A stretch of 64,000 bases of DNA, taken from contig OX597815.1 of the NCBI GenBank assembly GCA_951406725.2, forward strand, positions 33,604,001 to 33,668,000, given 5' to 3'. Position numbers and translations under genes: made by a program. The notes beneath the pieces are model-generated. The model ran no database searches, was not told where the DNA came from, and saw only the letters and a program-made list of their open reading frames with translations. Below are positions 27,160-41,498 of this stretch, one piece after another. This DNA comes from Octopus vulgaris. Taxonomy: Eukaryota. Numbering within the stretch: position 1 is the first letter of the stretch; each line of letters begins with the position of its first letter.

Positions 27160-28597
27160 TATTTCATAAATTGGCCATACAGCCATACAAAGTTGTAGCT
27201 GTGGGCTGGACAAAGACACAAATGATAATGGAATGAAAAACATGAAAAGATGGTTGGTGAGGAAAGCAGACAATGCCCGCTGATTGCTGCTTCCCGAAAA
27301 CATTGTTCTCTTTTTCTCAACAACACAAAATGAAGTATTGAACCTCTTACCAAAGTTCAAAGAATGGATGCAATTGTCCTTACAAGATGAGGCGCTAAGC
27401 TTCTTACCAAAAAATAACAAATTCAAATTTTAGATTGAGGCACGAAGGCTTCTTACTTTTCCTCCCTGACCAGGCAACTTGCCTACTGCAGGCAATCCTG
27501 CAGTTCTAAGTCAGAGCTCCAGAAAGCAAAACTGTTTTGGTCCTTGAGAAAGGAGTCCATCACCCAGAACATATCATTTTCTATTATGACCTCCGCAGTT
27601 ACCTGCAGAGGCCAATCCAGGTCTTCAGTACAGGACAGGACCCCCTCCCTCCAGCCCTCTAGCTTCTTCACAAAACTCTGTACAGCTCCTCCCTTATGAA
27701 AGAAGATCACAAAATTCATCCTTCATCATAATGGGAGGGGACACAGTTTCCTCCGTCAGTGGCACAATTCCCACCAATGAGGTTTCAGGACATGCCGGCA
27801 GTGTACTACTAACCGCCGGCAATGTCCCCTTCTTTTTCTCCCTTGTGCTACCGGAGGGTTTAGTTCTTTCACTTTATCCGGAGGATTTTCCCTCCCTCCA
27901 GCAGCCTTAGAGTCCTTTGCCCACCTTCTTCCTTTTCCCCCCTTTTTGAGGAGGTCTCCATCTCTCCCTCCGAAGGAGGAGGGGGGCGCTACTTTTACTA
28001 ACTGCTCCAGGATCCTACTTTGGTCCTGGGGACAGTTCTTTTTATTATGGCCCAGTTCAAGGCACAGGTGACACTTGGGGTGGGGCATCCCTCAAGTATC
28101 ACTGGGTACCTGCAACTGGCCATTTTCAAAAAATCTGGAAATACCAGATCTTTAGCAGCTGATTGGGTCCATAGGGTCAAAACCGCTTTTGACCCCATCC
28201 AATCAGCTGCCAGCAACAATTTCACATTTAAAAACTTGGGCTCACTGCCACCCAGACCCCAGTGGATAGTGTCCTCTATCCATTCTGGTTCAATGCCCGA
28301 TGGCAGCCCACAGAGCCAAGCTCTTGTTAATTTCTTCCTACAATATGTGGGAAGAAACAAAATCTCTTGCCCTTCCAAGGGCTGGCTCGCAAATTTGCAA
28401 GCCACCACAGGGGTGTCACATAGCAACCACACCGTTGCATAATTAGCACTCCTGGAAATAAACTTAATAGCTCTGCCAACTCTTTTTCTATATTTGTCTT
28501 AGGGAAGACAGTGATGGTGTCTAGTGACTTAGAATAAGTCCTCAACACCACTGTTCTTTCCTCTAAGTTTTTTAGCCATTGCTTGGGTGGGATGATT
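27160..28597 (-). mobile_element. internally deleted Tx1/L1-like non-LTR element with ORF1 zinc knuckle
   Basis: GC-richer block with frameshifted minus-strand ORFs (28551-27756), including the CCHC knuckle CHLCLELGHNKKNC. The 3' end terminates at AATAAA. No intact EN/RT. Confidence 0.7.
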
Positions 28598-29879
28598 TAC
28601 AGAATTTGGTGTCCTTTTAAAGGATAGCAAATAAATGAATTCCAAGTATACTGGTTTACTCTTGGCTTAGAACTTCTGTAGTTGTCTCACTAGGAAGAGA
28701 GTATTTGCAGCACAAACCCACCCAAACTGAGTCTTGTCTCAGCTTATTTATCAGCTGTACCATACTCTCTGTGTTACTTAGATAACTTGATCCTCTGTAG
28801 GTGTTTCTTTCAAGTGCATTTCTTTAACCCTTGCAACAATTAATAAAGACTACGTTAAGTGAGCCAATGAGCATGGCACCTTCCTATAGTTCTTGATTGA
28901 CTATGTGAGCAATTAGCATGTGTCCTACTTCACTAGCTATTTTTAACATTTTAGTGACTATCACTCATAGTCCAGCAGTTTTCCATTCTATCATATCCTT
29001 AATTATGCTTTCAACCATATAGCAGTCAACTGCAGTGTCTAGTCCTACTGTTGGGTCAACATGAGAGAGTTCCTCTTTCTTTCCATGCATTCTCCTCATT
29101 CCTCAAATTCTTGTAATAAAATCTCTACGTCTCTTTCTTCTTAGCATTAATGAGGGTAAGTGCACTAGTGTTATCAACCACACTTTTTCCTTATAATGCC
29201 TCAATTATGCAGTCATTGCTTTGCAATCAGGAACACCATATGTCACATCACAGGACATTGGCAAATCTCCTACTACCAGCTCTGTACTATTTATTTCTGA
29301 TATCTAGCTTCTCTTTTAGCTCTCTGCTCTTGTTCCCTGCTCCCCTTTTCCTTCTGATCTTACCAGGTTTCTCTCTCTCTCTCTCTCTCTTCACATTGAA
29401 GCTTTTCTGTCTTTTCTACTAAGAATTTGCATAGCCATCATTTTTAAATGTTTATGTCTTCTGTAAAACAATCCTTTATTTTTTTACCTTGCTCTATTAT
29501 TCTTTTTACTTTAGTGTGGGTGTTTGCATTTATATCAAGTTATATATAAAAACATTTTAACATTGAACTTTTACAAGAAAAAGGTTGGCAATGACTTCAA
29601 AGTTTTGACTCACTTGCCTTTGGCATACACACACACACACACGCATACTTATTAATTGGCAGAAGTTACTGAGTGATCCAAGGGATGAGAGTTTCGTGTG
29701 TTGACACTTATAAATAGTCATTTCAAATTGTGGGGATTACATTTATATAGACCAACTAAAATGATAAATATAATTTTCTCAGAATTGATCTAGAATAAAT
29801 TTTGAAGACAATTACAGGATCATGTAAATAATGCATATTTTTCAAATACCTTGATTGTTAAGATGTTTTGCAAACAACT

Positions 29880-30300
29880 TGCACATGCATGTGCTACCAG
29901 TTGAAAGCTCTGCATACTGGAAGCCAGCAGGTGTATGGGGTCATCAGGAGAGAATGCGCACCGTTTCTGGGCCTATTTCTTGATGGCATCATTGTGCACC
30001 GATCCACCTCACTGATATGAGGCTCTGCTTGCTAGATCAACTAATTATCAAATAAAGCTCAATATTCTAGCCATCGCTCATTGTCTGTTTTTAACCAAAT
30101 CCAGTGGCTAGCCTTTTCCACTGTAGTTTGGATATCGCTCATGGTGGTATTCACTTTACGACGTGAATAACAACAGACACCTCACACTGTGTCCAACAAC
30201 TCCTCTACACCCAACTCCAATTGGAAAATGCTCCGCTTTCCAGCCTACATCTTCATATTCTTCAAGGAGATTTACATAACGGTCAATCTTTCGAGCCCAA
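29880..30300 (-). mobile_element. 3' fragment of an RLE-type (HERO/R2-superfamily-like) non-LTR retrotransposon
   Basis: WARKIDRYVNLLEEYEDVGWKAEHFPIGVGCRGVVGHSV resembles the RK..KY...GW....P.EVG.RG C-terminus of restriction-like endonuclease domains. Confidence 0.7.
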
Positions 30301-30570
30301 TTGTTTAGTAAATGAAATAAGGTAAGAGGAAATGCACATATTTGCACACATTAACAAATGTATTGATATTTATGTCTACACACATGCGCCTGCGTGCACA
30401 CACACGCACACACATAAATACTTATATACACTGGCACACATCTGTGTACACACATAGACATGTGTAAATATGAGCATCGTATGAACAGAAACAAAATAAA
30501 ATTACCATCATTTATATTTACAAACATGTAAAATTGCTGTCTTCCACACATACAGGCTTGTCCTTTCAGA

Positions 30571-30755
30571 TACCAGTGCCACATAAAAAGCACCCGTGTC
30601 AGTGCTGCATATACATTCCTGTGCGGGTGGCACATAAAAAGCACCCAACATGCTCTGTTAAGTGGTTGGTGTTAGGAAAGGCATATAGCCATAGAAACCA
30701 TGCCACAACAGACAATTGGAGTTTGGGGAAGCTGCGATGATGATGATGATGATAA
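30571..30755 (+). mobile_element. RTE-tail repeat ending in (GAT)n
   Basis: CATAAAAAGCACCC twice, GGTTGGTGTTAGGAAAGG and a (GAT)n tail. Confidence 0.75.
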
Positions 30756-31017
30756 TGAAACTCCTACAAACATATAACTAAATGATCGGATAAATGTGGT
30801 TACACATTAATATACAAATATTTACTCATATGCTTATGTAAATGCAATTACCTGTGTATGTACAGTACATATTTTACACACACAAACATACACATACACC
30901 TACATGTACAAGCATATATTATCAATAATAATAAAGGGTAAAAATTAATTAATTAATTAATAATTAATAATTTTACCAAGTAGTTCGTTACGTTAAAAGA
31001 ACCATTATTGGTAACCT

Positions 31018-31254
31018 TATACAAAAATTCTATAATTATAAGCATAATTATAAATAGGGTTCAGCAAATTGCTTCACCACATACTGAAATTTAGAAATAG
31101 CAGTCAAATACTATTCCACTACCATAAGATTTCTCCCAGATATCTTATGGTAGTGGAATAGTATTTAACTGCTATTTCTAAATTTCAGTATGTGGTGAAG
31201 CAATTTGCTGAACCCTAATTATAATTATGCTTATAATTATAGAATTTTTGTATA
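31018..31254. repeat. near-perfect inverted repeat (113-bp arms, 11-nt loop)
   Basis: 31018-31130 is the reverse complement of 31142-31254 with 2 mismatches. Confidence 0.95.
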
Positions 31255-34200
31255 CAAGCATATAAACATATATGAATATATATGCACACATAAGCATGTG
31301 TATATACACACATGCATATGAGCATGCATATATATATATGCTCATAAGCATATATATGCATACACATGTGCACACAGCTATATGTGTGTGCTAATATATA
31401 CATTATATACATGTACAGTAAAAGATATACATATACACTCACACATATGTACACACAAGCATACACATACGCAAATGCATTATAAACTTTTAGTTATATT
31501 TTGTTACCAAACTCATTCATTGTGTGCTCAGTAACCTAGCTGATCATTGGTTTATAGTTACTTAAATATCACATGGTCTTTGAATTTTAACTCTTAACAT
31601 CTAAAGTCTAAAGCTCAGTCTTATAATGACTGAGCAAAGTATATTTATTTGTGGTCAAAATTTTGGAAAAATTGTCAGAATTACAGAAAATACTATTTTT
31701 CCAATATGGTCGTTTGTGCTAAAAAAAAAATTGCGTGTTTGTGTAACATAATAATAGTTGAAAAAACAAATACACAAGACAAAGATGGTGGAAAGAAAGA
31801 AGTTAATAATAAATGCATTTAGTAACAGGTGACGACATACATTGTTTTAAAAAAGCAGTATATTCCTTGATCTTTTTGCAGTTTTTGTAATACAAAATCT
31901 ATAGGTTAACTGAGCTATTCCTTTGAGATTCAATGAAGTCAAGTTTGCACAAAAGTTTAAATAAAAATATATAAAAAAAACCCACCCCAAAAACTCTGGA
32001 AAGAATTGTAAAAAAGAATTGGCAACATGTACATCAATTTTAATTGCAAACATTACAGAATGTAAATGATAATGGATTTAAAGTCTTCTTCTTTAGATTA
32101 AATAGTTCATAACTTCATTTGAAACAAATATAAATAAAGGTTTGATTCAGGTATTTTCAGGACTGAGATGTGTGTTGTCAAATGGATTTGTGTTGTATGG
32201 GAGTTAGTACTTTTGAATACTATTAAAAACATAAGAATGGTATAATGATGATAACAACAACAATGATAAATTTACTCTAGATTTTAAAAGAAAAAAAATG
32301 TCAGCAATTTATAGCTTGCTTCCTGTGCTGGATGGCTTTCCTTTATACCACTGCTCTTATTTCAATTATTGTCTTATTTAAAAGATAATTTTATATGCAT
32401 GCCTCCATTTAGAAATCACATAACACAGCCAGTTGATCACATGGTTAGTTTTAAATAGCATTTCAACAATGATATCTTTTGTAAAAATTAGTAGGTCTCT
32501 ATCTGTTGAACCCCTGCTTTACTCTTGATTCTATCCAATGGTATTCTTTATTGTCTTATGTTGTAATGAATGATCTGTCAAAAGTTGCATGTCTGCACAC
32601 TGAATGTTAATAAGAAGGAATTTACTTTCTTTGATGTAATATTGCACTAATTTGTTTGATATATTTTGACATATCCAAGAGGTGGTACGTTAAGTGAACT
32701 GGAGCACAAGATTAAATGCCTTACAGTATTTAGTTTTGTCACTCTATCATTGTGTAATTTCCATCAGAGTTGACTTTGATTTTTGTCCCTCTGGAGTTAG
32801 TAGATTATAATGCCTCCTTGCAACTTTTAGCATTATACTTGATTAAAACATATATATTACTAACCAAAAATATACTAGCTGTGCTTGATTTGTTTCTTGT
32901 AACATTGCATTTACTGTATGGATTCTACTAATTAGATGTTAATATTTAAATTATTAAAATCATACCTTTAATATTCATGCTAATTGATTATCATGTTAAT
33001 TACTAAGTGATACAGCTACAAGATTTGTAACAACTAGTTGTATTATTGGAGGTTCTGATTTTGTTTGTTTTTGGACTTATTCATTTACTTCACTATTTTA
33101 ACATTACTTACTTTTTTTTTAATAATTGCTCTCTTATTATTTTCTGTACATTTCCTTCTGTTTTCTTTGCATTCCATTTTGCATCTATCTTTTAATTTAT
33201 CTAAACTTACTCATCAATTACTTCTCTTAATCATTTAAAATATATTTAATTAGAACATCCTTTAAAACAAATTCTAATATCTAGAATAGACAGTATTTTA
33301 AAAATATCTTATACACATGGATATATTTCCCATGATTCAAACCTCAAGAATTAAATCCAAGAATGCTATTTTTCTCTCTTATCTTAAGCAAAGCATGAAT
33401 TTACAATACTGCCATAGAGCTGCTAAAATTTCAGTTGACTAGCACAAAATGATGGTTGAATTATGTAGCTGCCTTTTTATGTCTGCAAATCTCAATAACT
33501 CTTGATCACTCTGTATGCAGTGAAGCTTTATCTTTGGTGACTTTCACTTGTAGTGATATGAAACGAGGGAAGACTTACAAGATTTATAAATATGCATATA
33601 ATGAATAAGATTTGCACTGGCTTATAGTACAGCAACCACTACTACAAGAAGTAAAGGATGATGTTGAGGTCATCAGCTAACCAATATTGTAAAGTCAAGT
33701 TATATGTATATAAAACAAGGTCTCACTTCTAAGAAATGCAACCTCATTTTTAGGAAAGTAGCTTGTATATATGAAAGAATTAAGACCAATTGAATGACAT
33801 TTTTATCTAACTGCTTCCTGTAAATCAAAATTTTACCTCTCATCATCAGGATAATTGTGTTGGTAACTATACTTCTTGAAAATCTAATGACATCATTGAA
33901 CAAGAATTTGTGTAAAAGTCAACTGAAATCTTGAATGTTCAAGTATGAAACCAAACTGAAGTCAAATATCCGATAGAATTCCTTTCTCTAAAACACAGAG
34001 GAATACTATAACTGCTGAATACGTATTTTGACTTTGATATAAATTAAATGCCAAATTTTTTCACTCTAAAGCCAAATCTACAAAAGCTCTTCTCAACAAT
34101 TTTAAGTTACTTTATTGAGAGAATTTGGATACTTACCATTCAGAAAGCAAGAAATAAAGGAAGATAAATATTTGCATGAAACAAATTGTTCAACTGAATT

Positions 34201-34292
34201 TATTTAACACCACCACCACCAACAACAAAAAGAACATGTTGATATTTTTATTTATTTTTTTTTTACAATGTTTGAAATTTGTTTTATTGTAG

Positions 34293-34535
34293 TTGATTCA
34301 TCAACTGATGATGATGATGACAGTGTGTTTGATGAAGAGAATTCCCAAAACGACTTTGCTCGTGGTAACAGAGGAAGAGACAGTGGTACCAGTTCCTCTT
34401 CGTATACTGATGCTGGTGCTTCCCCAGTTCACAAAGGAACTGATCGGCCATACAGTGTTGCATATGCTAACATCAGTATCCCTGGTAATACAGCACGACA
34501 TGCCCTTGCTGATGTTATGCAGAATACTCGCCATT
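34293..34535 (+). CDS. DIP2: DIP2 homolog internal exon (243 nt, phase 1/1)
   Basis: TTGTAG acceptor and GTAAGT donor. Reads (V)DSSTDDDDDSVFDEE...ALADVMQNTRH, in frame with both neighbours. The acidic DSS-D/E start resembles vertebrate DTSSGSEDE. Confidence 0.9.
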
Positions 34536-34898
34536 GTAAGTACATCTACTGAGAGATATGCTGTATATATTTATATATATATGTATATATACATATATTT
34601 TTGGTACTACTGCTACTGACAGAACTATAGTGTGTATACTCGTAACGTTTATAAACCAACTGAAGATTTTAGTCATCATAGGCATCTAGGAACCCCATAG
34701 CTCTGTTAGGTCTTTAGAAAACACAATAAGAATCCTCAAATGCTGCTTTCTAAACTCCACTCAAACTTACACTCAAATTTGCTTTTTCATTTACTTAAAC
34801 TCTTTTTTCACATACTTTTATCTCTTTGTGCATCTCATTCAGATTCTCTGTCCTATTACATACTCTTACTTCCTTTATCTTATTACAAATACACTTTC

Positions 34899-34911
34899 TC
34901 ACACACACACA

Positions 34912-34950
<39 letters not shown>
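34899..34950. repeat. (AC)n(TC)n microsatellite
   Basis: Direct read. Confidence 0.95.
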
Positions 34951-34953
<3 letters not shown>

Positions 34954-37157
34954 GAAATTCTTATTCATTTGTCCTGAACACTTCCTTACTAAATCTGATA
35001 TTTGCACTTAGTCTCATTTGAACTCTATCCATTTTTTCATTCACTAAAATTCTTCCTTCGTAACAACATGCTTTATCTCTCCCTTTCTCCCTATCACATT
35101 CATTTATGATTCCTAGATGAACTAATCTAAATTACTCTGTTTCAATCATCATTCTAACATTAATTCTGAACTGATTCCATATAGTCCACTTGTTGAAAAC
35201 CACATCACCATTTCTGGTAATATTTATAGGCTTTGTGGTGTACATTCTGTAAGCTTTAAATGTTTTCCAAATTGCCTTATGATACAGTTTTTTAAAATAT
35301 TTTTTTTATGTAAATTGTAGCAGAACTGTGTTGTATGTCTGTATTCTGTTTAAAATGTGTTATGTGAGTTGACATGAAATCTACATCATTTACACTTTTT
35401 CGAAAATATAAATATATTCCATTTTATTTGATTTTTTTTGTTAATCTCATGTCTCATTTAAATCATGCTTTAATTATAATAGACTTGGTATAGAATATAT
35501 ATTGAAATGCTAATTATGACATGTTATTATTTTTGTTTTTCATCGAGTTGTTTGATTTATTTCTTTTCTTCATAATACCCTACTTTACAGTTTTCAGCCA
35601 TCGCATATTCATTAATACTCAAGTATACCATATTCTGTTCATCATCCTTTTTTTTTTTTTTCATTTTAGTTTTCCTCTTTTACTGAAAAACGGATGGATA
35701 TTATTGTTGATATTTTATATATGAAATATCATCAAAAGTATTCTCTAATGCTTACAAAATTAGTGCCATCACCATTATCATTTTAACATTTTTTTTTTTT
35801 TCATGCTGGCATAGGCTGATGAATCTACAATACTGCCCTTCTCACACAAGTTCTTTCACATTGTTTGCAAGGTCCAATTCTCATTCCAGTTCCATTCTTT
35901 CTTTAGTTTGCCTCTATCACAAATGATTTTCAACACTCACTCAGTAAACTAATTACTATCCTGTTGATGAAATGTCCACTTCAACATGTGTTTATCAATG
36001 TCTTTGATACTTAGTCCCTTTCTCTGCTCTTTGGTACTCAGCCTTCATCAAGAGTAAAAAGTGCATATCTGACCATACTCACTTTATTCCTCATAGTTAC
36101 ATTAGATTCTTTGTCTTCTAGCCCATGTTTCATTGATCTGCAACATTACACATATTGCACACTTTTCATATATCCTAACTTTGAAACAGACTAAAATCAT
36201 TTACTGTCAATAGCAGTAACATTTCTATTAAATTCTTCCTAAGGGTCTTCCATGCTCAGCTTTCTGACATGGATCTATAAAAGGACATATTTAGGTTAGC
36301 AACCAAACAAAAGGAAAGATATAGATAATTGATATCTCTTTCTCTCTCTCTCTCTCTCACACACAATGATGTTGGCATCAGGAAGGACATCCAGCCACAA
36401 AAAACTCTTGTCTGACCCATGCAAGCATGGAAAAGTAGATGTTAAAATGTGTAGTAGTAGTAGTAGTGAACTAGAATATGCAAATAAACACCATATTGGT
36501 GTATGAATAATTTCTTTTAATCCTTCAGTATTGATAGTACAATAACCATTGGTTTCATGAAAACGTAATTTGCGCTTAGTTTTACAAAAATGGCTGAACT
36601 GCTGGTATTATTCGAACTACAATTGAATAATTCAGTCTTTTGTACCCCCAGGTTGACCAAAATCTCATGAGTGCATTTGGTGTTTGGAAATTAAGAAGAA
36701 GCTTTGTGTGTTTTGACATTGCTCACCATCATACAGACAGTGACATTTGTTTGTAGTTTTCCTTAAAGCATATCTGGACTAGGAGTAAATATTACCTTGC
36801 TTGAAACAGGCATCTTGTCATAGGAGATCTCTCTCAATAAATCTTATTTGACTCATGATTACAATGATGACTATATGTAGGGAAGTAGGGGTGGGTGCAG
36901 GCATGGGTGTGTGTTTGTGAAGTTTGCTTTGCAAGTAAATGGTTTCAAGTTTGAGCTTACTACAAGGCACATTGAGCCAGTCTTCCATTATAGCCTTGTG
37001 AGTGAAAACTGGTTGGTGGAAACTGTATTGGAAAACAAGTAAGGGTTGGCAATAAGAAAGCTGTTTGGCTACAGAAAAACTACTCCTATAAGTTTCACCC
37101 AACTCATGTCAACATGGAAAAAGCAAACATGTAAATGATGACAATGAATATTATATA

Positions 37158-38928
37158 TTGTGGAGAAATCGGTAGATAAGGTCATAGAGGTTGTCAGAGT
37201 ATGCGATAGAATGCTTAAGCTCAGGCTAGTCCTGCAGAACAGTACAGCTACAATTATCTCTGCTTACACCCCACAATCGGAGCTACCAAATGATCAGAAG
37301 GACCATTTTTATGATGCCCTTCTACAGGCTACCTCAAAGATGAAGTTGAGTGGCAATGACCTCATCTTCGCAACTGGAGATTTTAATGGGTATGTTGGGC
37401 GGAAATCCAGTATCTCCACTGGTGTAAATGGGGGCCATGGTATTGGCTCCCAGAATGATGAGGGAACTAGGCTACTAGAGTTCTGTGATGCATGTAACTT
37501 TTTAATCTGCAACTCAAAGTTCAAGAAGCCAGACAGCCACCTGATAACCTATCAATCAGGTGACACTGCTAGCCAGATTGATTTCATCCTCACCAGACAG
37601 CGAGACGCAGGGTTGCTCTTAAATACAAAGACTCTCCCAGGTGATGAATGCACCCACTAGCATAGACTAGTCATTAGTGACTTTCGACTTGAGACCAGAA
37701 GGATGCCAGGAAGCAGACCAATCCAGAAGAGAAGGATTTGGAAGCTAAAGAACCCTTCAGATGGTCCGAGATTTAGGGTCAAGAAATTTGATGTGAGGGA
37801 GGAGGAGCTACAGTCCTCAGACATAGAAGGTAGCTGGAAATTCTTACAGGACAGCTTACTGAGTGCTACAGACCAAGTCTGCGGATGATGCAAAGTCCCT
37901 TCCAGACCTAGAGTAACATGGTGATGGAATAATATGGTAGGCAAAGCCATTAGAGCAAAGAAACAGGCCTGAAAGGGTGGGGGTTGCAGGGAACCATACC
38001 AGATAGCCGAAAGGGAGGCTGGGCAACAGGTATACATAGCCAAGGGTAAAGCAGAAAAGAAGTTTGCCAATGTCCAGCGACATTAGGACCAAAGAACTGA
38101 GGTATTTTGGATTGCAAGACAGTGTGTGAGAGAAAATAGTGATGTCACAGGAAAGAGATGTGTCTGCATGGATGATGGTGTACTTGCTTTTAATGATTCG
38201 GAAAAGAAAGAAGCTTGGAGAAGCCAGTATGAAAGACTGCTGAACATGGAGAATGAATGGGAGGAGGTACTATCCAAATAGACAGCATCCTGGTCGATAA
38301 AGCAATTAAGGGTATGAAGCCAGGAAAAGCCCCTAGCCCATCAGGAATCACTGCTGAGATGCTTAAAACATCTGGTGGTGTGGGCTATGGCCTAGTCACC
38401 TATATTGTAAACCAAGTAGTTCATGAGGGAGTCATACCCAATAACTGGCGTAGTAACACCATAGTCAACTGCTTCAAAGATAAAGATGATGCTTTAGATA
38501 GAAATAACTACAGGAGTATGAAACTGCTGGATCACGTGATGAAGGTCATGGAGAGGGTTATAGCCCAACTAATTAGGGAAAGAATTTGCTTAGATAAGAT
38601 GCAGTTCGCTTTTGTGCCAGGTAGAAGTACCACTGATGCTATATTCCTGGCATGACAACTGCAGGAGAAATACCTAGCCAAAGATAAACCCCTATATTAT
38701 GCTGGCACGTAAAAAGCACCATCCGACCGTGGTCGATGCTGGCCCCTGTGCCGGTGGCACGTAAAAGGCACCCGGTACACTCTCGGAGTGGTTGGCGTTA
38801 GGAAGGGCATCCAACTTTAGAAATACTACCAGATCAGATTGGGGCCTGGTGCAGCCTCCTGGCTTCCCAGTCGAACCGTCCAACCCATGCCAGCATGGAA
38901 AACGGATGTTAAATGATGATGATGATGA
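37158..38928 (+). mobile_element. RTE-clade LINE fragment (APE endonuclease and start of RT) joined to the RTE 3' tail
   Basis: IISAYTPQ, GDFNGYVG and SQIDFIL (APE). MKPGKAPSPSGITAEMLK, NYRSMKLLDHVMKVMERV and QFAFVPGRSTTDAIFL (RT). Stops and frameshifts present. (GAT)n-tailed 3' UTR from about 38697. Confidence 0.93.
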
Positions 38929-39943
38929 TATATATATATATATATTATATATGTGTGTGTGTGCACACACACGGGATGAGACTTCCAAAAATGTATACAC
39001 TTATTGAGTGATTATAAAGCTACTATTTATTAAAATTACATTACAATGGTAGTGCTGGGTGCCCCATCTCACTGGGAATAAAACTATGTCTTCAAAACTC
39101 TCTTGAATGTTTGACATGACCCATTGTCACACCAATTCAATTAAGTGGGATCAGTCACAACACAGTAAAAAAAAAAGTGATCCAAGTAATCCTTTTGATG
39201 ATAAGCTCTGCTCTGCTATAACTCCTGGTAAATTAACACGATATTCTTCTATACAGTATGGCTTTTCAGGTCCCCAATGGGTGCAATTGAAGTAATTCAT
39301 TAAGCCAGTTAATTTAAATGTTGCCTCATCACTTCAAGCAGGCTTTGTTGGAAAGTGTACATCTATTACACATCTTGCCAAGTACTGCTCACAAAACTCT
39401 ACTCTTCCATCTGGGTCTCCTTCATTGTGAGCATGATCTACTCTCCGAATGAATCTTTTTCAATGACAGCATTTCAAAATGTAAATGACACTTGATTTTC
39501 AATTCCTGTTGCATGACTGGCTTGTTGGACAAATTTTCTGGAACTCTGATAATACATTCCTAGTACCCTTTTATAGTTTGTGGTGTATATCAATGGCTGC
39601 GGTCTTCCAGAAAGTTTCTTGTATACATTCTGAACAGTTCCAGTTGTATAGGTGGATCCAATCGCAGACTTCCCAATGACTCAAAACCAATCAATTGTTT
39701 CTTTTTACTTGTATCTATTAGAAGTGTTCCAGATGATAACTACAGAAACAAATTGATATGCAGGACATAAACAAAGGAAAAAGCAAAGTAGATTATGGTC
39801 TCATACATACTTGTATGAAATTTAGTCATATTTTGCTATAAACATATTAATGAGCATTGGGAAACTTCATTGGAATACATGTGAACTCTAAAGCAACTTA
39901 TGAGACATCAGCAGCGCACAATTATGTGAATAAGAAAAAATAA

Positions 39944-40020
39944 CATTATTTGCATTTGACCGATATTTGGCCTCATCTCATTTGTTACTAACACAACGTT
40001 TCAGCTGATATACCCCCCAG
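39944..40020 (-). mobile_element. partial copy of the hammerhead-bearing element
   Basis: Matches the distal arm of copies 1-3. Minus strand retains CAGCT-GAAAC-GTT-GTGTT. Confidence 0.75.
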
Positions 40021-41498
40021 AAAAATATTAATTCATTATTTAGAATAAGACACCTCCTGGATAGTATGCAAAGGACATTTAAGTACAGTTACCAATCAGG
40101 GCGAAGACTGTTTCTTGATGAAAGCAAACTATAGCCAGACAGACCTACAAAATATGCATGGATCATTTGTGATGTGAACCCAAGTTAGAACAGCTATCTG
40201 GGTGGTGTAGATGCCGGAATCAGCTGATAAGGTATCATACAGTTAGTAGACTAAGTAATAAATAATGGTGATACCTGGTTTGATATCTAATAAATATGAA
40301 TATTGTAAAGGCTTTTTTGTTTTTACTAAATACTAAATCATGAGAAGCTGAAAAGTAACAATTATATTGTCGAATCATTATTGTGTATATTTATTAATGA
40401 CTACAAGAATTTATTTCATTCTGTGGTTTTCTTTGACAATTTCACTATTTCATGCTTTTTAATTTTTATACCAAGCTGCATCAGATCACCATCATGTGCT
40501 CCTGTTTAGAAGCTAAGCCTTTCCCCTTATCTGTATCAATGGAATATGATCAAGATGTAAATTCCACAAGCTGCATTATCTGTTTCTCTGTCTAGGTTTC
40601 TGTCACATAATAATTCCAAATGGTAACTGATAAAAGCAAAAAGGCTGTCTTTAGTCTTCGCATCTTTGGTGTTAGTGTGTGATAAAATGCACCCAGTAGA
40701 CTCGGTAAAGTGGTTGGTGGTAGGAAGAGCATCTAGCTGTAAAAGCTCTGCTATAACTAGAACATAAAATGTGGATTCTGTAAACCACATAGCAGGAAGG
40801 CAGTCAACTCTGAGAGTGGACTCTTTATTTTTCCTCACATGAGACAACCTTTTAAGTACCATGGGGCATGTTAAAATGTACATATGACTAACATGATACC
40901 AAAATTTCTTGGTTTTCTCTGTTGCTGTGTGTGTGTGTGTGTGTGCAAAATGACAGCAGCCATGACATCCTATTAAACCTATGCCTGCATAGAAAGTAGA
41001 TGTAAAATGATGATGTTGAGGATAAATTATAATTATATTTACATCTTACATCTTAATTTATTTTTATGTATCTTACTTAACTTTGTCCTCTATCTATGCT
41101 ATTATTCTACCAACTTTATGACAAAGCATAACATTTTCATGCTAAGACTTTGTTGCTTAATACATTCTGATATTCACAGCAATTACCTCGGAAGGTATTG
41201 TAGCTTCCCATAAATCAATGTCTTCAATAGATTTACATAAAACTATACAGCTTGCTCTTCTATTGGTTTTACTTTCCTGTCGTACCCACAGTTCACACTT
41301 TATTATAAGAGCCTCACATTGTGAAATTTCTAAACATTTAATTCTCATTATCACTGGCTGTAAGTCTCATATATATCATTTCAACATACTTTTTCTCAGT
41401 CATATCCTAATATATTTGGACATTTCAAAATCTTTTGCTTTCTAAAACTTCATAATTTGATATTGGAAAAACTTTTGGTTCTTTCTGAAAGATAAAAT

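Larger units (their letters stand above)
25650..29350 (-). mobile_element. old RTE LINE fragment interrupted by a Tx1-like insertion
   Basis: Minus strand near 27040-27130 reads like LDEIQFG...ALFLVRQLQKF*AKSKPVYLVF, homologous to the RT segment at 38590-38695. Boundaries approximate. Confidence 0.65.

Noticed and set aside
26978-28779. LTR retrotransposon interpretation
   Set aside because: The direct repeats are continuous with the flanking RTE sequence and lack TG...CA ends and PBS/PPT.
29930-30005. CTGATGA and GAAAC on the minus strand in the HERO-like 3' UTR
   Set aside because: Motif order and flanks do not give a convincing stem II, so it is not called a hammerhead.
34293-34619. Overlapping 108-aa + ORF and 77-aa - ORF
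   Set aside because: Shadow frames of the true DIP2 exon.
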